A stretch of 64,000 nt of DNA from Candidatus Kerfeldbacteria bacterium (GCA_903825245.1 CAIJZX010000016.1:2100-66099); one strand, 5' to 3'. Counted from the first letter of the stretch, positions 39,699 through 50,132 are shown. The notes: a model not told the origin generated them from the sequence alone. Translations and numbers: made by a program.

Positions 39699-41201
39699 AT
39701 GACGACTGCAGCCAATAAAAAACCATCGAGCGGCGTCTTACTGGCACTCACATCGTTGCCGGGTCCGTTTGGCGTCGGTGATCTTGGACCAGAAGCGTTC
39801 CGGTTTATCGATTGGTTGCAAGTGGCTGGACAACGGTACTGGCAGATTTTACCACTCGCTATTCCAGACGGTACCGGCTCGCCGTATGCATCGCTGTCGA
39901 GTGCGGCTGGAAACTGGTTATTGATAAGTCCGGAGGTGTTGTGGAAGGACGGTTTATTACCAACGAAACCTCGACCACCGTCACGTAGTCCATCGATAGT
40001 ATCCTACAAATCAATAACGGTAGCCAAATGGAAACTTGTACGAACGTCGTATACACATTTTGTATCTCACGCCACGCTAGTTCAGCGACGTTCCTATGCG
40101 GAGTTTCAAAAAAAATCGCATGAGTGGCTTGATGACTATGCTTTGTTTCAGGCCGTCAAAGATCGGCACCAACAGCAACCATGGTGGAGTTGGGAAAAGC
40201 AGTGGCAATCACCGAAAGAAGCGCGACAATACCTCGACCGACACATGGAAAAGCAATTGGCGGTACACATGTACGCCCAATGGTTGTGGGCTGAGCAATG
40301 GTCGCGCGTTCGAACGTATGCACATCGTCACGGCGTCCAGATCATTGGCGATATGCCGTTCTTTATCCGCACCGACAGTGTTGATGTTTGGGCGAATCGA
40401 AATTTATTTCTCTTAGACAAACACGGATCGCCGACAGTCGTAGCCGGTGTGCCGCCGGATGCGTTTTCACGCGACGGCCAGCGATGGGGGAATCCGTTAT
40501 ACAATTGGCCAGCGCATCGTCGCCAGCAGTATAAATGGTGGATCGGACGCTTTCGACGCCTAGCCAGTCGCGTCGATGTCATTCGTTTTGATCATTTCCG
40601 CGGATTAATCAATACCTGGCATATTCCGCAGCGCGCGGAAAATGCGAGGACGGGAAAATGGGTGCCAAGTCCTGGGTTTGAGTTACTCCGCCAAGTAAAA
40701 CGGCATGTGCCGCATTTGCGACTTATTGCCGAAGATCTTGGTCCGGGAAAAGCACATGCCGACGGGTTGCGCCGCGCGTTTCATGCGCCGACCATTCGAC
40801 TCTTGATGTTTGGGTGGAACGGTCTACCGAATAATCCGCATGCTCCTGAGACGATAGCCAATGATACGGTGTACTACACGGCCAATCATGATACCAATAC
40901 GACCGTCGGATGGTGGCGAGACGAAGCAAAATGGTATGAGCGCCTCCATGTTCGCGAGCGACTACACCAGGTTGATGATATTGCTTGGCAAAGCATGGCT
41001 GTAGCCATGCAAACAACGTCACAGATAACGATTGCTCCCATGCAAGACATTTTGCGCCTGGGTACGCGCGGACGGTTCAATCGTCCGGGACGTCGACGTG
41101 GTAATTGGGGATGGCGATTACGAACAGATCAAGTTTCCCCGGTGGTAGCAAAACAACTTCGTCGACTCACGGCGCAGTTTGGACGAACCTCGAAAGCATA
41201 G
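39699..41201 (+). CDS. malQ: 4-alpha-glucanotransferase (GH77)
   Basis: 'TSLPG..GVGDLG', 'WQILPL', 'GVPPDAFS..GQRWGNPLYNW', 'RFDHFRG', 'IAEDLG', 'HDTNT'. Confidence 0.94.
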   Translation: MTTAANKKPSSGVLLALTSLPGPFGVGDLGPEAFRFIDWLQVAGQRYWQILPLAIPDGTGSPYASLSSAAGNWLLISPEVLWKDGLLPTKPRPPSRSPSIVSYKSITVAKWKLVRTSYTHFVSHATLVQRRSYAEFQKKSHEWLDDYALFQAVKDRHQQQPWWSWEKQWQSPKEARQYLDRHMEKQLAVHMYAQWLWAEQWSRVRTYAHRHGVQIIGDMPFFIRTDSVDVWANRNLFLLDKHGSPTVVAGVPPDAFSRDGQRWGNPLYNWPAHRRQQYKWWIGRFRRLASRVDVIRFDHFRGLINTWHIPQRAENARTGKWVPSPGFELLRQVKRHVPHLRLIAEDLGPGKAHADGLRRAFHAPTIRLLMFGWNGLPNNPHAPETIANDTVYYTANHDTNTTVGWWRDEAKWYERLHVRERLHQVDDIAWQSMAVAMQTTSQITIAPMQDILRLGTRGRFNRPGRRRGNWGWRLRTDQVSPVVAKQLRRLTAQFGRTSKA

Positions 41202-41234
41202 ACGCAGATACTGGTTTTGGTATACACTAGTACC

Positions 41235-41957
41235 ATGAAAGGGCAAAAAAAGAAGATTCAAAATTTCAGTTGGTTACTGCTGCTTGCGGGAATATTGATG
41301 TTTCCGGCTCATGTTTTTGGTGCTTCATCATTGCAGCAACCAATCCAGATCCCGACGAGCGGTACATTTCTTAACTATCAAGAACTGACGGGCATCGGCG
41401 ACGTGGCATACTACTCCCTTCACGTTACCGTTCCCGAAACAATCACCGTTCACATTAGTATTCCGAATAATGCCGCCGAAAGATTTGCGCCACAGTTCGT
41501 AGTCTTTTCACCGAACACACTAACGATTGGGCCGATATTACCAATTATCCAACCACAAAATACTATTGCTGCCGTGTATCCGATCACACCGGTTCAACCA
41601 TTGTTTAATTCGCTCACGCAAACGGACTACACTTCTCGACTGGTGGCTCAGCCAAGGTTGCAATCCGTTGGCGAGTACACCTTGGCCGTTTACAATGCCG
41701 GCACGAGTGGCGGGAAATATCGATTAACCATTGATCGTGGAAATAGCGCGACGCAGTTAACATGGGATATTTGGAACATGCCACTCCAGTGGTGGCACGA
41801 CCAGTTGTTTGCGGGATTTGGTTGGTACACGTTAATGACTCCCGTATTACTGTTTTTGTTTGGCTGGTTAGTGTATTTACGTCTTGATCATCATCAACTC
41901 CACGCCCATAAAAAATACCCGCCGAAACCTTCAACCATTAAACCAAAAAAATCATGA
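41235..41957 (+). CDS. Hypothetical exported protein with C-terminal TM
   Basis: Signal peptide, 'GEYTLAVYN...GKYRL' beta-sandwich-like segment, C-terminal TM and basic tail. Confidence 0.6.
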   Translation: MKGQKKKIQNFSWLLLLAGILMFPAHVFGASSLQQPIQIPTSGTFLNYQELTGIGDVAYYSLHVTVPETITVHISIPNNAAERFAPQFVVFSPNTLTIGPILPIIQPQNTIAAVYPITPVQPLFNSLTQTDYTSRLVAQPRLQSVGEYTLAVYNAGTSGGKYRLTIDRGNSATQLTWDIWNMPLQWWHDQLFAGFGWYTLMTPVLLFLFGWLVYLRLDHHQLHAHKKYPPKPSTIKPKKS

Positions 41958-43027
41958 CCTCCGCCCAGCTCGATCGTTCACCGATTCTGACACGCGATTC
42001 CGGAAAAGTCGGCGATTCGCTGGATCGATTTGCTGATCAATTGCGTGACGGCTGGCATCAGGCGCAAGCTGTGAAATTGCCGTCAACCTATCGCGATGTT
42101 ACGGCTATCGCCATTTGTGGCATGGGTGGCTCACATTTGGGTGCGGATATTTTACGTTCTGCGCTGGCGAAAGAATTGAAGGTGCCGATGACGATCGTCG
42201 CGGACTACAATCTGCCGGCGTGGGTCAATCACCAAACGTTAGTTTTCTGTTCAAGCTATTCAGGGTCGACCGAAGAAACACTGACTGCACTTCCAGCGGC
42301 GTTAAAGTGCAAAGCGAGAGTGGTAGTAGTAACGAACGGCGGAAAACTAGCAGCTCAAGCCACAAAGTTCAATGTTCCGTTGTATCAGTACACCGCCTCC
42401 GAAAATCCATCGGGACAACCGCGACTGGGCGTGGCCTACGGGATGATGGCGATATTGGCTTGTTTGCGAAAGTTGAAACTGGTTGATGTTTCAGAAAAAG
42501 ATGTTGAACATCTTCCAACGATTGCCTGGGAGGCAACAAAACGCTATAGCGTTAATAAACCGGTGAAGAACAATATTGCTAAACAATTAGCATTGCAGTG
42601 GGAAAAGAAAGTCCCACTCCTTATCGGCGCGGAATGGACAGCTGGGAATTTACATTCATTGAATAATCAAATCAACGAGAACGCGAAAACGTTAGCGGCG
42701 TGGTATCAATTACCAGATCTCAATCATCATTTGCTGGAAGGGTTGCGTAATCGCGCCATCACGAAACAAATTCATGTGCTGATGATTCTCGACGATTCCT
42801 ACAATAAGCGGACGCAAACGCGTTTTGCACTGACGACGAAAATTCTCAAACAACTCGGCGCAACGGTCTCAACATATAAACCGCGCGGAGCTACGCCAAT
42901 GGAAAAAGCCATTGACCTCCTTGCTTTCGGCGGTTATGTGAGTTGGTACTTAGCCGCGGTACGCAACGTCAAACCGGCGGATATACCGACGGTTAACTAT
43001 TTGAAAGCGCAATTGGCAAAAAGCTAA
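41954..43027 (+). CDS. Bifunctional phosphoglucose/phosphomannose isomerase (SIS domain)
   Basis: 'ICGMGGS', 'SSYSGSTEETL', 'QPR', 'QINENAK', 'PDLNHH'. Confidence 0.9.
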   Translation: MTSAQLDRSPILTRDSGKVGDSLDRFADQLRDGWHQAQAVKLPSTYRDVTAIAICGMGGSHLGADILRSALAKELKVPMTIVADYNLPAWVNHQTLVFCSSYSGSTEETLTALPAALKCKARVVVVTNGGKLAAQATKFNVPLYQYTASENPSGQPRLGVAYGMMAILACLRKLKLVDVSEKDVEHLPTIAWEATKRYSVNKPVKNNIAKQLALQWEKKVPLLIGAEWTAGNLHSLNNQINENAKTLAAWYQLPDLNHHLLEGLRNRAITKQIHVLMILDDSYNKRTQTRFALTTKILKQLGATVSTYKPRGATPMEKAIDLLAFGGYVSWYLAAVRNVKPADIPTVNYLKAQLAKS

Positions 43028-43028
43028 T

Positions 43029-43155
43029 CCCACTCCCTCGGCTTCGCCGTTTCCCCCTCCCGGAACCTCCTTTTCCCCGTGCTCGGGGTTGCCCTCCTTA
43101 ACCAAAGGAGGGCTTTGCGGGAGGGGGACTTGAACGAAGTGCAAGTGGGGTGGGG
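43029..43155. repeat. GC-rich palindromic REP-like element
   Basis: Nested inverted repeats including CCCTCCTT-AACCA-AAGGAGGG; similar cores at 53492 and 54254. Confidence 0.45.
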
Positions 43156-43236
43156 AGCGGAAGTCTTGACATCAGGGCCATTTTTGCATAGGCTCGTTCC
43201 ACGTTCATTTATTCTACAGCCAACCAGGAGGGCGCA

Positions 43237-43743
43237 ATGTCGTCAACACGACAGTATCCCGAGACGGCCACAGTTGAGGATTTCCTAACCTTGGCTCGTG
43301 AGGAAGGCATTACTCGATACGGACAAGCAGGTGAAATGGCCATGTTCGATTGGATTGTCTTCGACGGTGACATGATGCTGAACACCCACTGCATGTTGCA
43401 CGAGACAGATGAGGAACGTCGAACCGCGGTGTTCAGCACGTACACCGATATCCGGGAGATTTATAAAATCGTCGAGAGTGCACTCAATCGTTGGCGAATC
43501 TTTCCGGTCTTTCGCCGACTCGATCCGATGGTTATGATCGCTCGCGATCCTGGCATCGTTCAGCACCATGAAGTGCAAGCCGACGACCCGGCGTTCTTGT
43601 TCGGCGTGAGCGGTGGATTCGACTATGTCCTCGGTCAGGCTCGGAGCCAAAGCTTCACCACGCCAAACTTCGAACAGCTGGTGATGCGAGCCTCCGATTA
43701 CCTTATTCAGGATATTGTCACACATCCGAACGCACCTCGATAA
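43237..43743 (+). CDS. Hypothetical protein (168 aa)
   Basis: AGGAGG SD, TTGACA-N17-TAGGCT promoter at 43166-43194, terminator AATCACTC...GAGTGATT-T-run. Confidence 0.68.
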   Translation: MSSTRQYPETATVEDFLTLAREEGITRYGQAGEMAMFDWIVFDGDMMLNTHCMLHETDEERRTAVFSTYTDIREIYKIVESALNRWRIFPVFRRLDPMVMIARDPGIVQHHEVQADDPAFLFGVSGGFDYVLGQARSQSFTTPNFEQLVMRASDYLIQDIVTHPNAPR

Positions 43744-43774
43744 TCACTCCCCACGAGTGATTTTTTCTTTTTTG

Positions 43775-44410
43775 CTAGATGCTCGCTATCGCCACGACCG
43801 GCAGGGGAAGCTGGACTTCCAACTGCTTTTCGATTTCTTTGACTACTTCCTCCACCGGTTGAAATGTCGTCCAATCGAGGTGAATGACTTTCGTTTTATC
43901 TTCAACTGACGCTGTCCACTCGGTAAATAATGCAGTCAAACGTTCAAGGTAGGCGCGAGAAATGCCTTTTTCGCTTTGTCGACCGCGATTTTTTATGCGG
44001 TTTTCAATCGTATCGATTGAGGTTTCGAGGTTAATCAGGACGTCGGGGATTTGGAGCAGGGGACGGAGCGTTTCAAAATGGGCTTTGTAGTTGGCGTAAT
44101 CGCGATCGTCCATCAAGCCGAATTCATGGGTCAATTGGCCATAGAGCACATCACCATAAATAATTTGATCTTGAACGACGCCGACATTCTTTTTGCTCAA
44201 ATCCTGTACTTCAAGGTGTTGGTGGAAGCGCTGGGTCAGCATGAAGATTTGCATGCCGAAAGACCATCGTTTTCCGTCGCGGTAGAAGTCGTCGAGGTAG
44301 GGATTGGTCTTGACCGGCTCAAAAAACGCCCGATAGCCAAGATGCTGAGCCAAAGCTTCAGTTAATCGCGACTTTCCGACTCCCATACAACCGACAATGC
44401 CGATGAACAT
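43775..44410 (-). CDS. Deoxynucleoside kinase
   Basis: 'IVGCMGVGKS', 'EPV..NPYL.DFY', 'F..Q...L..RF', 'RI..RGR..E'. Confidence 0.92.
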   Translation of the reverse strand: MFIGIVGCMGVGKSRLTEALAQHLGYRAFFEPVKTNPYLDDFYRDGKRWSFGMQIFMLTQRFHQHLEVQDLSKKNVGVVQDQIIYGDVLYGQLTHEFGLMDDRDYANYKAHFETLRPLLQIPDVLINLETSIDTIENRIKNRGRQSEKGISRAYLERLTALFTEWTASVEDKTKVIHLDWTTFQPVEEVVKEIEKQLEVQLPLPVVAIASI

Positions 44411-44570
44411 GGATACATTGTACAGGACTTTTTCATAAATCCAAAACTTTGCTATGGAGGCTTACAATACTTGATAACAAATGGTATTGTGGGTAACAGA
44501 AAGGTGAAACCGATGCCGAGGCGTTGGATAAGCAGGGGTTGGAATCGTAACAACATAGTAAATATCTGCC

Positions 44571-45122
44571 ATGAAACTTCTCATTATTCTAACTGGATTG
44601 CCAGGAACTGGAAAGACAATACTTGCCCAAAAAATAGGAAAAGATCTTTGTGTCGCAACACTGGGACGAGATTACTCGATTAAGGAATCAATGTTTGACA
44701 CGTTGGGCTTTGGAGCCGACCGTGAGTGGTCGAAAAAGCTAGGTCGTGCCTCATACGACGTGTTGTTCAAAGTACTCGACGGAGTTATGCTTGGCGGGCA
44801 ACCGGTGATAGTTGAAAGTAATTTCACGATGCAAGCACAACCATCCTTTGTCGAACTTATCCAGCGTCATGGATACAAGTCGTTACTCGTGAATATCATC
44901 ACAGATGATAATACAAGAAAGCAACGCCTTATTGATCGTGTGAAACGTGGCGAACGACACCCCGGTCATTCTGAGGTTTTTACTGGCGGGATTATGCCCA
45001 ATGATCCGACTGAAAATTTGCAATTACCAGGAAACACAGTAGAGATTGACACAACTTCATTTGGGGAAACAGAATATGCGACGTTTCGTGAACAAATTCG
45101 CGCCTATCTATCGAAGAATTAA
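44571..45122 (+). CDS. P-loop kinase (AAA_33-like)
   Basis: 'IILTGLPGTGKT', 'IKESMFD', 'VIVESNF', 'RHPGH'. Confidence 0.8.
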   Translation: MKLLIILTGLPGTGKTILAQKIGKDLCVATLGRDYSIKESMFDTLGFGADREWSKKLGRASYDVLFKVLDGVMLGGQPVIVESNFTMQAQPSFVELIQRHGYKSLLVNIITDDNTRKQRLIDRVKRGERHPGHSEVFTGGIMPNDPTENLQLPGNTVEIDTTSFGETEYATFREQIRAYLSKN

Positions 45123-45299
45123 CTTAGGTCGCGCTTGTTATTGAAGTGTTGGAGAGGCAATAAAATGTAAGTTTCCTTATTGGGACTGAGTCCCATTAAG
45201 GTTTTTTGGTAAAGAAAATCCCCACGAGCTGATTGCTTGTGGGGCGTGCTTTAGTAACATCTTGTTTGAGAAAGCTTTGTTTGCGAAACGACACTCGTC

Positions 45300-46382
45300 C
45301 TATACTACCGGTGCTGCTACCTTCCCCAGCATACCTTCCAGTTCCGTCGGGTCCGGGCTACATGCGAAGGCATCGTCGTTGAAGATGTGCTTGGCCAGTA
45401 GAAGCTGCAGGAGCGACTGGTTCATGGTCTGGTCGCCGTACTTCTTGCCAGCCTGCATGAGGCTGTAAATCTGGTGGAACTTGCCCTCGCGCATGACAGA
45501 CTTGATCGCTGGCGTACAGACGAGGATCTCGGCAGCAAGGATTCTACCCGTTCCGCTGCTGTGCGGGATCAGCTGCTGCGTGATCACGCCTTCGAGTGCG
45601 AACGCGAGTCGGGTGGTGGTCTGCTTCTGCTGAGCCTCAGGGAACATGTCGATGATGCGGGTGACCGTGTCGTACGCTGATCTGGTGTCCATCGAGGCGA
45701 GAACCAAGTGGCCGGTCTCGACGACGGTGAGTGCTGCTTCGATAGTCTTCGGGTCGCGCATCTCGCTGATCAGGACGACGTCCGCGTCCTCGTGCAGGGC
45801 GTGCTTGAGTGCAGTGGGGAACGAAGCCGTGTCGGCGCCGATCTCGCGCTGGCTCACGAGGCACTGCTTGTGGTGGTGGATGTACTCGATCGGGTCCTCG
45901 ATCGTGAGGATGTGGCCCTCGCGAGCGGTGTTGATCTCGTCGATCATTGAGGCCAGCGTGCTGGACTTACCGCTCCCTGAGGGACCGGTGACCAGCACGA
46001 GGCCCTTGCGCCGAGACGTCAGCATGCGGACGATGTCAGGCAGGCCGAGTTGTCCGGGCAGGAGGATGTCGTAGGGAATCCTGCGGATGCTCATGGTCAC
46101 CACGCCGCGCTGCATGAACACATTAGCGCGGAATCGCGATAGCCCCTTCACGCTGAAGGAGAAGTCGAACTCTTTGGTGGCTTCGAAGGTCTTGCGCTGC
46201 TCGTCCGACAGGACGGTGTACGCGAGCGAACAGCACTTATCGGGCGTGAGTTCCTCGAGCTCGGTCAACGCGATCGAGCCCCTGATGCGGAGGGCGGGGC
46301 GGGCGCCGGCACTGATGTGCAGATCCGATGCTCCGCGTGCCACCATCTCCTCGAGTAGCTGACGAAGCGTTAGCTCGGGCAT
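45300..46382 (-). CDS. pilT: Type IV pilus retraction ATPase PilT-like, variant motifs
   Basis: 'ASDLHI', 'RFRANVF', 'GLVLVTGPSGSGKSSTLA', 'TIEDPIEY', 'EMRD', 'TGHLV'; GGAGG SD; GC-rich. Confidence 0.88.
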   Translation of the reverse strand: MPELTLRQLLEEMVARGASDLHISAGARPALRIRGSIALTELEELTPDKCCSLAYTVLSDEQRKTFEATKEFDFSFSVKGLSRFRANVFMQRGVVTMSIRRIPYDILLPGQLGLPDIVRMLTSRRKGLVLVTGPSGSGKSSTLASMIDEINTAREGHILTIEDPIEYIHHHKQCLVSQREIGADTASFPTALKHALHEDADVVLISEMRDPKTIEAALTVVETGHLVLASMDTRSAYDTVTRIIDMFPEAQQKQTTTRLAFALEGVITQQLIPHSSGTGRILAAEILVCTPAIKSVMREGKFHQIYSLMQAGKKYGDQTMNQSLLQLLLAKHIFNDDAFACSPDPTELEGMLGKVAAPVV

Positions 46383-46532
46383 GCTGAACCTCCGGTTGGA
46401 GAGAACAGGTGAACGTCTGTTATGAATGAACGTCTTCACAGACCCTAACACTTTATAGTATCAAGTCAATAACTAGAAAATATTCATATTGACAAAACCC
46501 CTCAGCTATTGTATGGTATTCGAGCCTCATTG

Positions 46533-46979
46533 ACAGACCACTAGATGACTAGGGTTCATCGCGCAAGCGGTGGATTCAGGAAAGTCCGAACACCGTTGGT
46601 GCGCGCAAGCGCATCATCATGGAGAGTCGCTAACGGCGACCGGGAGTACGATTGGCGTGAATCTGGGTATACCATTTACGTCAGTACGAAGCCCAGGGCA
46701 CCCCGCAAGGGATCGAAGAGTGCAACAGAAACATACCGCCTATGGCGCGTTTACGCGTCAGGTAAGGTTGAAATCGTGAGGTAAGAGCTCACGGCTGGCA
46801 TCGGTGACGATGTCGGCGGGCAAACCCTCTCCGGTGCAAGATCGCATAGGCTCTCAGTCGCAAGACTGTAGGGCGGGTAGATTGCTAGAGCGTTGCAGCA
46901 ATGTAACGTCGAGAGAGATGGTCATCAGATCGGTAGCTACGGCTATCGACGAACAGAATTCGGCTTATCGGTGGTCTGT
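46533..46979 (+). ncRNA. rnpB: RNase P RNA
   Basis: P1 ACAGACCAC/GTGGTCTGT, conserved 'AGGAAAGTCCG', 'AGTGCAACAGAAA', 'GGTAAGAGC', 'GGCAAACCC', 'ACAGAATTCGGCTTA'; TTGACA promoter at 46489. Confidence 0.96.
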
Positions 46980-46994
46980 GCAGAGGCATTTCTC

Positions 46995-48380
46995 ATGAAA
47001 CATCGACTCGATCTTCTTTTTGCGGCGATTCTCGTACCGCTCGACTACGCAGCCCTGCTTACCGCGGGTTGGTTAGCATACACGCTGCGATTCAACCAAA
47101 TCTCGGGATTGTTTCCGATTGTCAGCACGGTGGATTTCGGAACGTACTTTAAGCTGATATTACTCGTAGCGCTTGGCTGGGTGATTGTGTTGGCCATGTC
47201 CGGCGTCTATCGTTTACGCCAACAGTTACCGGCTGAACTCGGCCGCATTTTTCTCGGTGCCTCGACATCGGTATTGTTAGTCATAGTTTTGATTTTCTTC
47301 CAACGCGAATTTTTTGCTTCGCGGTTCATTGTTATTGCCAGCTGGTTGATTGCCGTGTTGGTGCTGTGGCTTGTTCACATGATTGTTCGCGGGATTCAGC
47401 ATTTGCTCTTGCGCCGCGGTATTGGCGTTCAACAAGTCGTTTTGTTCGGCCATGATTCGAACGCTGAAGAACTGGTTCGTGTTTTTCGTCGCCGACCGGG
47501 GATGGGCTATCGCGTGCTACAAGCTTGGGCCGATGTCACGCTCGATACGCTGAGCGCGTTTGAAACCATGTTGCAGAGCGGCGTCGTGGATGAAGTCATC
47601 CAAGCCGATCCGAATATGCCAAAAACGCAGACGCTGCAGTTGATGGAGAAGTGCAACGCCCATAATGTTCGCTTTACCTTCGTGGCCGACGTCTTTGATA
47701 CCCAAGCCGGAAATTTACGGTTCCAAGATTTAGCCGGTATTCCGATTATCGAAATCCAGCGCACCTCGCTCGACGGTTGGGGACGTATCTTAAAACGCGC
47801 TATTGACCTTCTGCTGGGCGCTATAGCCTTAATCATATTTTTCATACCTGGCCTGATCGTGGCGATTATCATCAAAATCGATTCCGCCGGCCCGATATTC
47901 TTCCAAGCCGACCGCGTCGGCCAGGGTCAACGGAAGTTTAAGTTGTGGAAATTCCGTTCGATGATTCGCGATGCACACGGCATGAAGGGCCAACTCGTCG
48001 ATCGCAATGAACGAAGCGACGGTCCGTTGTTTAAAATTGAAAATGATCCGCGCATTACGCGCATCGGCCGCTTTATCCGCAAGACAAGTATTGATGAATT
48101 GCCACAACTCTTCAATGTCTTAAAAGGGGACATGAGCCTCGTCGGGCCGCGGCCGCACGAACCGGAAGAAGTCGCTCGTTACGATGCCCGGCATAAAAAA
48201 CTCTTAACCATTAAACCGGGCATGACCGGCATGGCCCAAGTGTCGGGACGATCGAATTTATCGTTTGAAGAAGAAGTTCGGCTCGATACGTATTACATTG
48301 AACACTGGTCGCTCGGCCTTGACGGCACAATTATGTTGCGCACACCGTTGGCCGTGATACGAACTGATACGGCATCATAA
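46995..48380 (+). CDS. Priming polyprenyl glycosylphosphotransferase (WcaJ/WbaP family)
   Basis: N-terminal TMs, 'KRAIDL', 'FKLWKFRSM', 'DPRITRIG.FIRKTSIDELPQLFNVL.GDMSLVGPRP'. Confidence 0.94.
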   Translation: MKHRLDLLFAAILVPLDYAALLTAGWLAYTLRFNQISGLFPIVSTVDFGTYFKLILLVALGWVIVLAMSGVYRLRQQLPAELGRIFLGASTSVLLVIVLIFFQREFFASRFIVIASWLIAVLVLWLVHMIVRGIQHLLLRRGIGVQQVVLFGHDSNAEELVRVFRRRPGMGYRVLQAWADVTLDTLSAFETMLQSGVVDEVIQADPNMPKTQTLQLMEKCNAHNVRFTFVADVFDTQAGNLRFQDLAGIPIIEIQRTSLDGWGRILKRAIDLLLGAIALIIFFIPGLIVAIIIKIDSAGPIFFQADRVGQGQRKFKLWKFRSMIRDAHGMKGQLVDRNERSDGPLFKIENDPRITRIGRFIRKTSIDELPQLFNVLKGDMSLVGPRPHEPEEVARYDARHKKLLTIKPGMTGMAQVSGRSNLSFEEEVRLDTYYIEHWSLGLDGTIMLRTPLAVIRTDTAS

Positions 48381-48385
48381 TTACT

Positions 48386-49519
48386 ATGGCCTTACCTGAA
48401 CATCTCAAAGTTGCCTTGGTTCACGACCATCTCGCGCAAGATGGCGGGGCAGAACGCGTGGTGCGCGTTTTGCAGAACATGTTTCCGAAAGCGCCGCTGT
48501 ATACGCTCGTCTATAATCCGAAACGCGCCCATAAAGATTTTCATGGGACCGATATTCGCACGTCGTTCATCCAGCACTTGCCGTTTTCGAAACGATTGTA
48601 CCAGTGGTATTTGCCGTTTATGCCGACGGCGATTGAACGGCTTGATTTGCGCGGCTACGACATCGTTATTTCCAGCACCGCCAGTTTTGCGAAAGGCGTG
48701 ATTACCGATCCGGACACATTACATCTGTGTTATTTGCATAGTCCGACGCGGTATTTGTGGAACGACACCATATCGTACGTTAATGATTTGCGCTACGCGA
48801 AATTCTTTAAAATGATTGCGCCGCACTATCTCAATCGGATTCGAATGTGGGATCGCCTGGCGGCGGATCGCGTTGATGATTTTATTGTGAACAGTGCGCT
48901 CGTTGAGCAACGGTTAGCAAAATACTACCGACGAAAAGGAACAATTATTCATCCGCCGGTGAACGTCGAACGATTTACGACAGCAACAGAACCGGGGAAA
49001 TATTATTTAACTGGTGGACGACTTGTGCCATACAAGCGTTTCGATTTAGCAATTGAGGCGTTCAATCGTTTGCATTTACCGTTGAAAATCTTCGGTGACG
49101 GTCCGGCGCTTAACGATCTACAGGAAATGGCCGGCGACACGATTGAATTTATCGGCCACATTCCGGACAGTAAGCAAAATGAAGTCTATGGCGGCGCAAT
49201 TGCCTTCATCAATCCACAAGAAGAAGATTTCGGCATTACTATGGTGGAAGCGATGGCTACCGGCCGACCGGTGATTGCCTATGCGAAAGGTGGCGCCTTA
49301 GAAATCATCAAACCGGGCGTGACCGGAAAGTTATTTACCGATCAGGATTGGGAATCGTTGGCCGATGCCGTCATTCGCAGTAAAACCGAACATTTTTCAG
49401 CGACGGATATTCGCACCTGGGCGGAAACATTTAGCGTCGAACATTTTCAACAACAATTTGTACACCACCTTGATGATGCTTGGCAACATCGAGGCGATCA
49501 ACATTTACTAACTATCTAA
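48386..49519 (+). CDS. Glycosyltransferase family 4
   Basis: 'VALVHD....GGAERV', 'HSPTRYLW', 'RLVPYKR.D', 'EDFGI..VEAMA.G.PVIAY'. Confidence 0.92.
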   Translation: MALPEHLKVALVHDHLAQDGGAERVVRVLQNMFPKAPLYTLVYNPKRAHKDFHGTDIRTSFIQHLPFSKRLYQWYLPFMPTAIERLDLRGYDIVISSTASFAKGVITDPDTLHLCYLHSPTRYLWNDTISYVNDLRYAKFFKMIAPHYLNRIRMWDRLAADRVDDFIVNSALVEQRLAKYYRRKGTIIHPPVNVERFTTATEPGKYYLTGGRLVPYKRFDLAIEAFNRLHLPLKIFGDGPALNDLQEMAGDTIEFIGHIPDSKQNEVYGGAIAFINPQEEDFGITMVEAMATGRPVIAYAKGGALEIIKPGVTGKLFTDQDWESLADAVIRSKTEHFSATDIRTWAETFSVEHFQQQFVHHLDDAWQHRGDQHLLTI

Positions 49520-49523
49520 ATCT

Positions 49524-50129
49524 ATGGAACTCCGCGATTATTTGAAAGTCTACTGGTCACAGCGCTGGATGATACTTTTGTTCATTGTTGTCGGCGTGGG
49601 CGCCACTATTCTTGTCGCTAGCACAAGGCCGGTACGAACCGGCGTATCGATTTCCTTCGCCATTAACCGCACCAACCGAGAAGATACGACACAGTATCAG
49701 TACGATGGCTATTATGCATTGCAAGCATCTGATTTATTCTCACAGACTGTTGTCAGTTGGTTCAGCACGCCGTCTGTTCTGCAAGAAGTATATCAGAAAG
49801 CCAACCTTGATCCGGAAATTCAATCCGTTAACAGCTTGCCGTCACGTTTTAGCGTTCGTAAGTACTCAGCGCAAAATATCGTGGTACGTTACACCGAAGA
49901 CAACCAGGATCGCGCCCAAAAAGTAGCGACCAGTCTGGCGACGGTCATGGCGAGTAATGCCGCGGATTTAAATAAAACATCCGACGGAAAGTCGCTCTTC
50001 GATATCGTCGGTGCAACGCCGGTCATTGCTCCAAGCAAACCGAGTTTGCCGCTATACGCTGCAGTAGCCGCTGTCTTGAGCCTCCTGCTCGGTTTATTCA
50101 CGGCTGCGGTTCGCCGGTACATGAAATAA
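49524..50129 (+). CDS. Wzz/CpsC-like chain-length determinant
   Basis: 'MELRDYLKV..RW' start, two terminal TMs, position in polysaccharide cluster. Confidence 0.7.
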   Translation: MELRDYLKVYWSQRWMILLFIVVGVGATILVASTRPVRTGVSISFAINRTNREDTTQYQYDGYYALQASDLFSQTVVSWFSTPSVLQEVYQKANLDPEIQSVNSLPSRFSVRKYSAQNIVVRYTEDNQDRAQKVATSLATVMASNAADLNKTSDGKSLFDIVGATPVIAPSKPSLPLYAAVAAVLSLLLGLFTAAVRRYMK

Positions 50130-50132
50130 AGC

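Noticed and set aside
46545-46998. Short ORFs and a TTG extension of the sugar transferase
   Set aside because: They overlap the RNase P RNA; ATG 46995 is the sensible start
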